Shown here piece by piece: positions 20,275-29,513 of a stretch of 64,000 nt of DNA. Each line of letters starts with the position of its first letter. Position 1 is the first letter of the stretch. A program made the position numbers and the translations under genes. A model generated the notes under the pieces. The model worked only from the letters and a program-made list of their open reading frames with translations, ran no database searches and was not told the origin of the DNA. The stretch is from Gammaproteobacteria bacterium (GTDB lineage Bacteria > Pseudomonadota > Gammaproteobacteria > Eutrophobiales > Eutrophobiaceae), in assembly GCA_041689615.1 (NCBI GenBank), contig JBDNFW010000033.1, positions 258,520 through 322,519 of the forward strand, written 5' to 3'.

Positions 20275-22221
20275 ATGACTTTTGAAACTAATAACGATAA
20301 TACGCCCAATCCAACGCTCGGAGAGTCGAACTCGAAGAAGCCTGCGATTAATTTAGACGAAGCGATTCAATCTGCTAAAAATAAATTACTCGAGCAACAA
20401 CAAGATGATGGGCATTGGGTCTATGAACTCGAAGCTGATTGCACTATTCCTGCTGAATATATATTAATGAATCATTTCGTCGATGAAGTCGATGATGATA
20501 CAGAACAAAAAATTGCCCAATACTTGCGTGACCAACAAAATGAAGATGGTGGTTGGTCGCTTTATACCGCTGGTGATTTTGATATTAGTTGTGCGGTAAA
20601 AAGCTACTACGCATTAAAAATCGTTGGTGATAATCCTCAAGAAGAACATATGGTCCGCGCAAGGAATATCATTTTAAATCATGGTGGCGCTGCTCGTAGT
20701 AATGTCTTTACCCGAATTTTGATGGCTCTGTTTCAACAAGTACCGTGGCGTGCGACACCTTTTATTCCGGCTGAAGTAATCATTCTTCCAAAGTGGTTTC
20801 CGTTTCATATCGACAAAGTATCTTATTGGTCACGTACAGTCATGGTGCCATTGTTTATTTTGTGCACCATAAAACCAAAAGCTGTAAACCCACGTGGTGT
20901 TGATATAAGAGAACTTTTTATAATACCGCCTGAAGATGAACAAAATTATTTTAAAGTAACAACTCCGCTGACTCGAGCGTTTCTAATACTCGACCACTTA
21001 GGTCGTTTAGCAGAAAAGATCGTACCTAAATTTGTACGACAATATTCTATTGATAAATGCGAACAATGGTCTCTTGCTCGAATGAACGAAGAATTTGGTA
21101 TCGGCGGTATTTTTCCTGCCATGGTTAATGTGTTTGAATCTTTAGTTATTCTTGGTTATAAAAAAGATCACCCGGCACGAATACAGGCACGACAAGCTAT
21201 TGATGCTTTACTAGTCAAGCGCGGTAACACGATGTATTGCCAACCTTGTGTTTCTCCTGTTTGGGATACTTGTTTAGCGGCGCAATCTCTTATCGAAACA
21301 GAAAATCAAAACGTCAGTACAGAAATAGAACATTCACTTGACTGGCTTAAGGATAGACAACTTAGCGATGAACCCGGTGACTGGCGCATCCCCAGAGCCA
21401 ATCTTGCTGGCGGCGGCTGGGCCTTTCAATATAGTAATTACTACTTCCCTGACCTCGATGATACTTCCATGGTGGCCTGGGCGATGCACAGAACTGGAAA
21501 TGATAAATATTCAGAACCGATTCAACGTGCAGCAAACTGGGTTGCCGGTATGCAATCGAATGGTGGTGGTTTCGGATCGTTTGAAGTAAATAACACGCAG
21601 TATTATTTAAACGCGATTCCTTTTGCGGATCATGGTGCTTTATTAGATCCACCCACAGCCGATGTGACCGGACGTGTTATTGCATTACTTAGTCTTGCCG
21701 ATAAAGAAAAATATAGCTCTGTTATTAAAGATGCGATTAATTTTATAAAATCTGATCAGGAAGAAGACGGTTCCTGGTTTGGTCGTTGGGGTACGAATTA
21801 TATATACGGCACCTGGTCGGTGCTAACCGCACTTGAACTTGCTGATGAAGATCTACAACAAGACTATATAAGAAAAGCTGTCTCGTATTTACAAGGCATG
21901 CAAAATGAAGATGGTGGTTGGGGCGAAAGTAATGATAGCTATTATCCTCCAAAACATTATCGTCCTTTTGAAAGCACCGCATACCAAACAGCATGGGCAT
22001 TACTTGCTTTATTGGCGGTTGGAGAAGCTGAAACAGAAACGGTTAGAAAAGGGATTGATTATTTGATCTCTAATCAATCCAATGATGGTCATTGGTATAA
22101 TGATAGTTATACTGCTCCAGGTTTTCCTCGCGTTTTCTATTTAAAATATCACGGCTACACAAAATATTTTCCGCTTTGGGCGTTAGCTCGTTACAGAAAC
22201 CTGTTGCACAATAAGGTTTGA
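20275..22221 (+). CDS. shc: squalene-hopene cyclase
   Basis: 648 aa. Multiple QxxxGxW (QW) repeats (QNEDGGW x3). DLDDTSMV matches the DxDDTA catalytic motif. Confidence 0.9.
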   Translation: MTFETNNDNTPNPTLGESNSKKPAINLDEAIQSAKNKLLEQQQDDGHWVYELEADCTIPAEYILMNHFVDEVDDDTEQKIAQYLRDQQNEDGGWSLYTAGDFDISCAVKSYYALKIVGDNPQEEHMVRARNIILNHGGAARSNVFTRILMALFQQVPWRATPFIPAEVIILPKWFPFHIDKVSYWSRTVMVPLFILCTIKPKAVNPRGVDIRELFIIPPEDEQNYFKVTTPLTRAFLILDHLGRLAEKIVPKFVRQYSIDKCEQWSLARMNEEFGIGGIFPAMVNVFESLVILGYKKDHPARIQARQAIDALLVKRGNTMYCQPCVSPVWDTCLAAQSLIETENQNVSTEIEHSLDWLKDRQLSDEPGDWRIPRANLAGGGWAFQYSNYYFPDLDDTSMVAWAMHRTGNDKYSEPIQRAANWVAGMQSNGGGFGSFEVNNTQYYLNAIPFADHGALLDPPTADVTGRVIALLSLADKEKYSSVIKDAINFIKSDQEEDGSWFGRWGTNYIYGTWSVLTALELADEDLQQDYIRKAVSYLQGMQNEDGGWGESNDSYYPPKHYRPFESTAYQTAWALLALLAVGEAETETVRKGIDYLISNQSNDGHWYNDSYTAPGFPRVFYLKYHGYTKYFPLWALARYRNLLHNKV

Positions 22222-22931
22222 GTAAGCTTGGTATTATTGCAGCCCTACCTGCTGAAGCAGCTTGTCTATATAATAAAAAACTAACTGTTCTTTCACCCAT
22301 AGAAATTCAGAAAGATGTCTTTTTGTGTTTATCAGGTATGGGGTATGAAGCAGCTTGTGGAGCTGCAAAAAAGTGTCTGGATTTCAAAGTAGATGCCTTA
22401 ATCAGTTGGGGGGTTGCTGGCGCAATAGAGTCTTCACTTAACTCGGGTGATTTAATTTTCGCTGATTCGATAATTGCTCAAGATAAAACTTTTCAAACAT
22501 CGACTGAATGGAAAAATAAATTACTGGCACACTTTCAGAAAACCCATACTAATGTGTTAAGTAGCGATATTGCTTCAAGTAAAGAGATATGTGCCTTAAC
22601 AACCGATAAAAATAATTTATTACATAAAACAGGCGCTGGCGCTGTCGATATGGAAAGTGCGGCTATTGCAGAAATAGCCATTAATAATCATCTCGATTTT
22701 TTGGTCATTCGTGCCATTGCTGACAAGGCTAATACCGTTATTCCAGAAGCGGTGTTAAAACACACAGATAATCTGGGCAATCCTGAAATATTAAAATTTG
22801 TATTGTCGTGTATTTTTAAGCCAGCACAAATTCGGGAGATTTTTATATTGGCAAAAAGCTACAAAATAGCTTTAAAAACATTAAGCAATATCGCCTCAGA
22901 TTTAAAAAAACAGAATTTCTTTTATACATAA
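22218..22931 (+). CDS. hpnG: hopanoid-associated phosphorylase (PNP/MTA nucleosidase family), HpnG-like
   Basis: 237 aa, N-terminus MSKLGIIAALPAEA. The TTG start overlaps the shc stop (gtTTGA). Hopanoid cluster context. Confidence 0.65.
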   Translation: MSKLGIIAALPAEAACLYNKKLTVLSPIEIQKDVFLCLSGMGYEAACGAAKKCLDFKVDALISWGVAGAIESSLNSGDLIFADSIIAQDKTFQTSTEWKNKLLAHFQKTHTNVLSSDIASSKEICALTTDKNNLLHKTGAGAVDMESAAIAEIAINNHLDFLVIRAIADKANTVIPEAVLKHTDNLGNPEILKFVLSCIFKPAQIREIFILAKSYKIALKTLSNIASDLKKQNFFYT

Positions 22932-23001
22932 CCTGGCCGCTTGTTATAAAATCTAAGCTGGTTTATAAGGAAACATAATCCCCCACTAGAAAGATATTAA
23001 T

Positions 23002-23748
23002 ATGAAAATAAGCAAAGAACAAATTGAAGAGTTTAAATCCACCGGCTTTCTCGTTATTCGTAAGTTGTACGATACGGAAAGAATGAAGGAAATTATTACC
23101 TGGACAGAAGAAGTACGCAATTATCCTGAAGTCCCTGGCAACGTCATGATGTATTTTGAACAGAGTAAATTAGAACCGGGAAAAAGAATTATATCCCGTA
23201 TAGAAGATGTCGAACCTTTCCATCAAGGATTCAGTGAGCTTTTTATGCGCGGTGAGATACAGCAAATTACATCTCAATTATTCGATGATAAGGCAATTTT
23301 GTTTAAGGATAAAATAAATTTCAAGATGCCGGGTGCAGATGGTTTCAAAGCGCATCAGGATGTACAGGCCGGCTGGGATCGTTATTCCAAGTTACATATC
23401 ACTGCTTTAGTAAGCGTTGATCCTTCCACCATTGAAAATGGCTGTCTGGAAGTGGCTAATGGTTATAATAATAAAGGACTTATAGGAGAACAGTGGGCAC
23501 CATTAGAAGAAGATGGCCTAGACTATATCGCACTACCAACAGAACCGGGTGATGCTGTTTTCTTTGATTCTTATGCCCCTCACCGTTCAAAAGCAAACCT
23601 GAGTAATGGTCAACGCCGCGTTCTGTATGTCACATACAACGCTGCGGCCGAAGGTGACCATCGTAGAAAATATTATGATGACAAACGTCTTAGCTATCCA
23701 CCAGACATTGAACGGGACACGGACAAAGAATACATATTCAGAGTTTAA
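23002..23748 (+). CDS. PhyH-family Fe(II)/2-oxoglutarate dioxygenase, uncharacterised, embedded in the hopanoid operon
   Basis: 248 aa. HQD (HxD) followed by a downstream His (APHRS) and an Arg, the typical phytanoyl-CoA dioxygenase facial triad arrangement. Confidence 0.6.
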   Translation: MKISKEQIEEFKSTGFLVIRKLYDTERMKEIITWTEEVRNYPEVPGNVMMYFEQSKLEPGKRIISRIEDVEPFHQGFSELFMRGEIQQITSQLFDDKAILFKDKINFKMPGADGFKAHQDVQAGWDRYSKLHITALVSVDPSTIENGCLEVANGYNNKGLIGEQWAPLEEDGLDYIALPTEPGDAVFFDSYAPHRSKANLSNGQRRVLYVTYNAAAEGDHRRKYYDDKRLSYPPDIERDTDKEYIFRV

Positions 23749-23763
23749 TCGATATAACTAAAA

Positions 23764-26388
23764 ATGAGTAAATCTCATTCATCATATCTAGATCGCTGGA
23801 TAATTAACTGGGTGCAATTCGTTGAGCGCTATCGAATTGCGATCATCATCAGCTTTGTCGCTCTCACTATTTTTTCAATTTTTTATATAAAAGATAACCT
23901 CGGTGTAAGTACAGATACAACCGACATGTTGTCGGAAGAACTGGCTTGGCGAAAACTTGATATTGAATACGAAAAACAATTTCCTCAATTTAATGACAAT
24001 GTTCTTGTTGTTATCGAATCAAACACGCCGGACCAAGCTACTGATACAGCAATAAAATTACATTCTGCTTTAAAAGAAAATCCTACATTAATTAGTAATA
24101 TTTATTATCCAAATTTATTACCTTATTTTCGTCAATCTGCTTTTTTATTTTTTGATGATGAAGAGTTACAAGATCTGGCAGATCAATTAGCAACCATACA
24201 AGCCTTTCTAGGAACCTTATTACAAGATAAAAATTTACGTGGCTTATTCACTATGTTGACTGATGCACTTCAGTACAAAGTGGATGGCGAAAAGATTGAA
24301 TTGAAACCACTATTACTAGAAATCAATCATGCATTAGAAAATGAAAAATATAATGTCTCATGGCAACATTTGATGAGTTCAGATAAAAGTCTAAAACCTG
24401 TTTATCGAGAATTTATCGTGTTACAAACGCTAGAGTCTGAAGAAGAACTTTTGCCCGGCCAAGATGTCCTCGCGCATATAAGAACCGTTATCAATTCACT
24501 TTCTTTGAATAATGAATCTGTACGGATACGTTTAACCGGTGGTACCGCACTGTCCTATGAAGAATTAAAAAGTGTTTCCGAAGCAAATATTCAAGCTATT
24601 GTTATTTCATTCATTCTGGTCGCCATTATTTTACTGATTGGTCTAGGCTCAGTCTGGCTGGTAGTGGCATCACTCATCACACTAATTTTCGGCTTAACTG
24701 CAACTACGGCTTTCGCGGCAGCAACTGTAGGCGAACTTAATCTTATTTCCGTTGCCTTTGCTGTGTTGTACATCGGTCTTGGTATTGATTTCACCATACA
24801 TTTGATATTACGTTATCGTGAACAAGTTATTTTATCGGGAGAACCTAATAATGCATTGAAAATATCAATGTCTTATATTTTTCGCTCTTTAATACTCTGC
24901 TCCATCACAACCGCGATTGGTTTTTATTCATTTATACCAACGGACTATCAAGGTGTAGCTGAACTCGGCTGGATTGCAGGCAGCGGCATGTTCATCAGTA
25001 TTCTTTTCACATTGACCTTATTACCTGCTTTATTAAGTTTAAAGCCTTACAAAGAAAGAGAAAAAACGAATAACCGTGGAAATCATTTAATTACTTTTTT
25101 AACCACCCTGCCCTACAAATATTCAAAACAGATATTAATATTTACACTCATTATTTTAATTGGGTTTATTAGCCAACTCTATAGAGTTAGTTTTGATATA
25201 AATACGCTTAACTTGCAAGATCCTGAAAATGAATCGGTGCAAACCTATCGTGATTTATTAAAAGACAGTGATTCTTCGCCTTGGAGCAGTGTTTTATTAA
25301 AAGAAAGTAGAAGTGAGGCTATCGCCGCGATAAAAGAAATTGAACAACTTGATTTGGTTGACAAGGTTATATGGTATGAAGATTTACTTCCTGAAGATCA
25401 AGAAGATAAATTATTCATTATTGATGAAATAAATCTATTTATGGGAATACTCTCTACAGACGAGACAAACGCAGAGATAAATAACAGCGATAGAATAAAT
25501 GCCATACAAAAACTTATAACAAAATTAGATTATTTTTCCAGTCATGAATTAGAGTCGAATCCTGAGCTATATAGCGAAATTAGAACACTAAAAACATATT
25601 TATCTATAATTCTAGATAACTCTTCTGATAACAAAAATTTATTGTCACTAGAAAAACAATTACTATCTAATCTTGATGGTCGAATTCATTCGTTGAACGA
25701 TGCTTTAAACGCCGAACAAGTCGAACTCAGTGATATCCCTGCGATTGTTCATGATAGATGGGTAAGTCATAAACACTATAAAATAGAAATTTTTCCAAGA
25801 GAAGATTTGAACGATAACGCAGCAATGGAACGTTTCGTTAACCAACTACAAGCCTATGATAATACCGTTATTGGTTCTCCTATTATTAATATTGAAGCGG
25901 GTAGTGCCGTCATCACTGCCTTCAAAACTGCACTCACTTATGCCTTAATTGCTATTGCATTATTGCTACTTGTTTTAATAAAACGGAAATCGGATGCGGT
26001 AATTATCCTAATCTCAGTACTCGTTGGCGCTGTTTTTACATTTGGCTTTATGTTGATATTTAATATCCCGCTTAACTTTGCCAATATTATTGGGCTCCCT
26101 TTATTACTTGGTATCGGCGTAGACAGTGGTATTCATATTGCTGATCGATTTCGTCAGGAACAAGGAACCAATAAAAATATTTTTATGACCAGCTCTTCTC
26201 GTGGCGTCATTGTCAGTTCTTTAACAACTATTTGCAGCATTGGCAACCTCGCTTTTTCTTCTCATACGGGTACGGCCAGCATGGGATTGCTATTAACTTT
26301 AGGTCTTGCCTCAATGATGATATCAACTATGATGATCCTTCCTGCCTTTCTTATATGGCAAAATTTATTGAAAAAAATAGCTTTATGA
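23764..26388 (+). CDS. hpnN: RND-superfamily (MMPL-like) hopanoid transporter, HpnN-like
   Basis: 874 aa. Two 6-TM bundles with large periplasmic loops. Hopanoid cluster context. Confidence 0.75.
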   Translation: MSKSHSSYLDRWIINWVQFVERYRIAIIISFVALTIFSIFYIKDNLGVSTDTTDMLSEELAWRKLDIEYEKQFPQFNDNVLVVIESNTPDQATDTAIKLHSALKENPTLISNIYYPNLLPYFRQSAFLFFDDEELQDLADQLATIQAFLGTLLQDKNLRGLFTMLTDALQYKVDGEKIELKPLLLEINHALENEKYNVSWQHLMSSDKSLKPVYREFIVLQTLESEEELLPGQDVLAHIRTVINSLSLNNESVRIRLTGGTALSYEELKSVSEANIQAIVISFILVAIILLIGLGSVWLVVASLITLIFGLTATTAFAAATVGELNLISVAFAVLYIGLGIDFTIHLILRYREQVILSGEPNNALKISMSYIFRSLILCSITTAIGFYSFIPTDYQGVAELGWIAGSGMFISILFTLTLLPALLSLKPYKEREKTNNRGNHLITFLTTLPYKYSKQILIFTLIILIGFISQLYRVSFDINTLNLQDPENESVQTYRDLLKDSDSSPWSSVLLKESRSEAIAAIKEIEQLDLVDKVIWYEDLLPEDQEDKLFIIDEINLFMGILSTDETNAEINNSDRINAIQKLITKLDYFSSHELESNPELYSEIRTLKTYLSIILDNSSDNKNLLSLEKQLLSNLDGRIHSLNDALNAEQVELSDIPAIVHDRWVSHKHYKIEIFPREDLNDNAAMERFVNQLQAYDNTVIGSPIINIEAGSAVITAFKTALTYALIAIALLLLVLIKRKSDAVIILISVLVGAVFTFGFMLIFNIPLNFANIIGLPLLLGIGVDSGIHIADRFRQEQGTNKNIFMTSSSRGVIVSSLTTICSIGNLAFSSHTGTASMGLLLTLGLASMMISTMMILPAFLIWQNLLKKIAL

Positions 26389-27371
26389 AGACATTAGTCA
26401 CAGGCGCAAATGGATTCATTGGCTCTGCTGTCGCACGCTTATTATTAGATAAAGGTCATGACGTACGCGTATTAGTTCGCCCTAACTCAGACAAGCGTAA
26501 CTTTGAAGGACTTGAGCTCGAAATAATTGAAGGTGATTTAAACGATAATGAATCCTTAAAACGTGCTGTTTCTGGCTGTAACACACTCTTTCATCTCGCT
26601 GCTGATTATCGTTTATGGATACCTGATCCAGATAACATGTACAAAACAAATGTTGATGGTACACGTAACCTTATTATTGCCGCAACTGAAGCTAACGTAG
26701 ATAAAATTGTTTATACCAGCAGTGTTGCTACTCTGGGAATAAATAAAGATGGGACGGCTTCTGATGAAACAACACCTGTTTCACTTGAAGAGATGACCGG
26801 TCATTACAAGCGCTCTAAATTTTTAGCAGAACAAGAAGTCAATAAACTCATAAAAGAACAATCTTGTCCTGTCACCATTGTGAATCCTTCGACGCCAGTT
26901 GGTCCACGAGATATTAAACCGACACCAACGGGAAAGATCGTGCTCGACACGATTCGCCATCGCATGCCGGCTTATGTCGACACCGGTTTGAATATCGTTC
27001 ACGTAGATGATGTTGCAAAAGGACATCTACTGGCGATGGATAAAGGCGAAATTGGAGAGCGATATATTCTCGGCGGCGATAATATGACCTTGGCATCGAT
27101 ACTGGAATATATCTGCGTCAGTCAGGGTATGTCTCCACCAACAATTAAATTACCGCATAATCTGGTATTACCCATTGCCTGGTTTATGGAACGTATTGCT
27201 AATATCACACATAAAGAACCTAGAGCCACGGTTGATAGTGTCAAAATGTCGAAAAAAATGATGTTCTTTTCAAGTGAAAAAGCAAAAGAAAAACTGGGAT
27301 ACCAATCACGTCCAGGTATTGAAGGTTTTAAGGATGCTATCGATTGGTTTAATGCAGAAAACTACTCTTAA
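26385..27371 (+). CDS. hpnA: NAD-dependent epimerase/dehydratase, HpnA-like
   Basis: N-terminus MKTLVTGANGFIGSAVARLL (Rossmann fold). The ATG overlaps the hpnN stop (ATGA). The 26232 start in the ORF track is an over-extension. Confidence 0.75.
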   Translation: MKTLVTGANGFIGSAVARLLLDKGHDVRVLVRPNSDKRNFEGLELEIIEGDLNDNESLKRAVSGCNTLFHLAADYRLWIPDPDNMYKTNVDGTRNLIIAATEANVDKIVYTSSVATLGINKDGTASDETTPVSLEEMTGHYKRSKFLAEQEVNKLIKEQSCPVTIVNPSTPVGPRDIKPTPTGKIVLDTIRHRMPAYVDTGLNIVHVDDVAKGHLLAMDKGEIGERYILGGDNMTLASILEYICVSQGMSPPTIKLPHNLVLPIAWFMERIANITHKEPRATVDSVKMSKKMMFFSSEKAKEKLGYQSRPGIEGFKDAIDWFNAENYS

Positions 27372-27410
27372 GACTCAAATAAAAATGCACTATTTTAAAA
27401 AGACTCTTTT

Positions 27411-27453
27411 AAAAAAAGCCTTTCCTAAAAACACAACGTATTTTTAGGAAAGG
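27411..27453 (-). terminator. rho-independent terminator hairpin (13-bp perfect stem cctttcctaaaaa/tttttaggaaagg), followed by a T-run on the minus strand and preceded by an A-run
   Basis: Perfect inverted repeat at 27419-27453 in the convergent spacer between hpnA and the minus-strand MnhD-like gene. Confidence 0.5.
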
Positions 27454-27622
27454 TGCGCCATCCATTGCGCGGGTTCATCCGTGACTGTTTCCATACAAGA
27501 ATATACGTCCTTGTGAGTAGAACTATAAATGTATTAATCGCGAATAGATATTATCGCAAAAGAGGACATGCAGTGAGTTAGGGTCTACTCACAAATAGGG
27601 AGAGCTAAAGATGAGCCTTTGT

Positions 27623-29293
27623 TTAAAGCAGAAAATAAGATAAGGAAATAATAAATACCACCATGATTAATCCCATACCCATTGCCAGAGAAAACTGAAT
27701 ATTTAATTTATTATCAACATAGTGACCAAGTTTCAAACCTGAATATTTATGACTTATGCCACTTTGAAGCAGACAAAGCTTCTTCAAAATACAATCTGAG
27801 ATTGTTTTGCCAAACTTTCTGTAAAACCAATCAAAATCAAGACTGATGGTTAATGTTCTTTTCATTAATGGCAACATGACAAAGAAAGCTAGACCTGAAA
27901 ACAAAAGCAACTGTAGTTGTGTCAATGTATGTGCTGCAGTGTATGGTACATAATTCACTTCATAAGGTAGCATTGCATATAACAAATTTGGAAAAACACC
28001 CAACAAAATACAGATGACCGCAAAAAATATCATACCCATCTGCATATTAAGCGGAGGATCATCTGGTCTCAAACCACTGTCTTTCTGAAAGAAAACAAAC
28101 CACGGAAATTTAATACCTGCATGTAAAAACACACCGGCGGAAGCTGCTTGCAACAGTAACCACACCCATAATAAATGTTCATCAACAGAAGCCTGCGTCA
28201 CCATAGACTTACTAACAAAGCCGGAGGTAAGAGGAAAAGAAGAAATCGCTAACGCACCGATAATCCCACAGACAGCAGTAACGGGCATAGTCTGAATTAA
28301 GCCGCCTAAATCAGTACATTTACGTTTACCGGTCATATATAAAACAGATCCGGCAGACATTAATAATAAAGCTTTATATATAATGTGTGTAAATGCATGA
28401 GCTGCAGCACCATTTAATGCCATCTCGGTACCAATGCCGATACCACAAAGCATGAACCCCACCTGATTAATAATGCTATAGGCAAGAATTCGACGCATAT
28501 CATTTTCAAGTAAGGCGTAAATGATCCCGTAAAAAATCATAAATAAACCGATATACACTAATAACTCTGTTCCGGGAAAACCTCTCAACAAAACATACAC
28601 TGCAGTTTTCGTCGTAAAGGCACTTAGAAACACAGTGCCACTAAATGAAGCTTCAGGATAAGCATCGGCCAACCATGCTGTTAATGGTGGTGCGCCTGCA
28701 TTTAATAAAAAGCCGCAAAGGATTAGCCACGTCGCAATACTATTAGGTTGCATCGCTGTAAATAATATTGAACCAGTTTCATTAACGTAGGCTGATATAC
28801 CGCACATCAATATGACACCACCTAATAAATGAATAACGATATAACGCATACCCGCTCGTCGAGAATTTTCATTCTGTGCCGACCAGATAACCAGTGTTGA
28901 AGATAATGCCATCAATTCCCAGAAAATAAACAACGTCAGAAGATCGCCTGCAAGTACGACAGACATCGCACCACCGGCATAAATAAAAGCTGCAGCTAAT
29001 TCTTTTGAACTAGCTTGCTTACAGCAAAACAAGCTTCCGGTGAAAACAGTAATAGAAAATACTGTAATAAATAATCGACTCAGTGCATCAAGATTAATAA
29101 GTGTTAATTCGAATCCAAGATATTGAATCGAACAAGCCGAACCAAATGACATATCCCAGACACTGGCTAAAGCTAGACAGGGAATTAATAAAACGAAGAG
29201 TGTTCTTTTTGTTCCATGTAAAAAAGGAATTAATAAGCCTGATAAGATTAGTAACAAACCTGGATGAAATAAACTACATGTCATAGTAATCAT
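27623..29293 (-). CDS. MnhD/NuoN-family proton-pumping antiporter-like membrane subunit
   Basis: 556 aa polytopic protein. WLADAYPEAS and TKTAVYVLLR resemble MrpD/NuoN motifs. Confidence 0.65.
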   Translation of the reverse strand: MITMTCSLFHPGLLLILSGLLIPFLHGTKRTLFVLLIPCLALASVWDMSFGSACSIQYLGFELTLINLDALSRLFITVFSITVFTGSLFCCKQASSKELAAAFIYAGGAMSVVLAGDLLTLFIFWELMALSSTLVIWSAQNENSRRAGMRYIVIHLLGGVILMCGISAYVNETGSILFTAMQPNSIATWLILCGFLLNAGAPPLTAWLADAYPEASFSGTVFLSAFTTKTAVYVLLRGFPGTELLVYIGLFMIFYGIIYALLENDMRRILAYSIINQVGFMLCGIGIGTEMALNGAAAHAFTHIIYKALLLMSAGSVLYMTGKRKCTDLGGLIQTMPVTAVCGIIGALAISSFPLTSGFVSKSMVTQASVDEHLLWVWLLLQAASAGVFLHAGIKFPWFVFFQKDSGLRPDDPPLNMQMGMIFFAVICILLGVFPNLLYAMLPYEVNYVPYTAAHTLTQLQLLLFSGLAFFVMLPLMKRTLTISLDFDWFYRKFGKTISDCILKKLCLLQSGISHKYSGLKLGHYVDNKLNIQFSLAMGMGLIMVVFIISLSYFLL

Positions 29294-29513
29294 CCTTACG
29301 CTTAATCAAGAAACCTAATACTTTTGCAAAAATGACCATTGCGACACAAGTTAGAAAACCATAGATCGCATGAAATACAAAAAAACCTTCTACTTTAAAA
29401 TGTGGATGCAACACCACGAAAACTTCGGCCAACACAGTTAATGCCAGAATAACAATGGCACCTATCCATAATTTTTTAATTGATGACTTTCTATAGAACC
29501 AGTTTTGATTCAT
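29274..29513 (-). CDS. small 2-TM membrane protein (possible Mrp accessory subunit)
   Basis: 79 aa, hydrophobic. Overlaps its neighbours by 4 and 20 nt, which suggests translational coupling. Confidence 0.35.
   Translation of the reverse strand: MNQNWFYRKSSIKKLWIGAIVILALTVLAEVFVVLHPHFKVEGFFVFHAIYGFLTCVAMVIFAKVLGFLIKRKDDYYDM

Noticed and set aside
26232-26384. Upstream extension of hpnA proposed by the ORF track
   Set aside because: The extension overlaps the hpnN 3' end in another frame. The conserved Rossmann N-terminus (MKTLVTGANGFIG) starts at 26385.
27372-27622. Possible fifth copy of the intercistronic repeat family (begins aaaaatgcact)
   Set aside because: Only the first about 11 bp match. 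The rest is a different set of hairpins in a convergent, not intercistronic, spacer. I treat it as a terminator region, not a family member.
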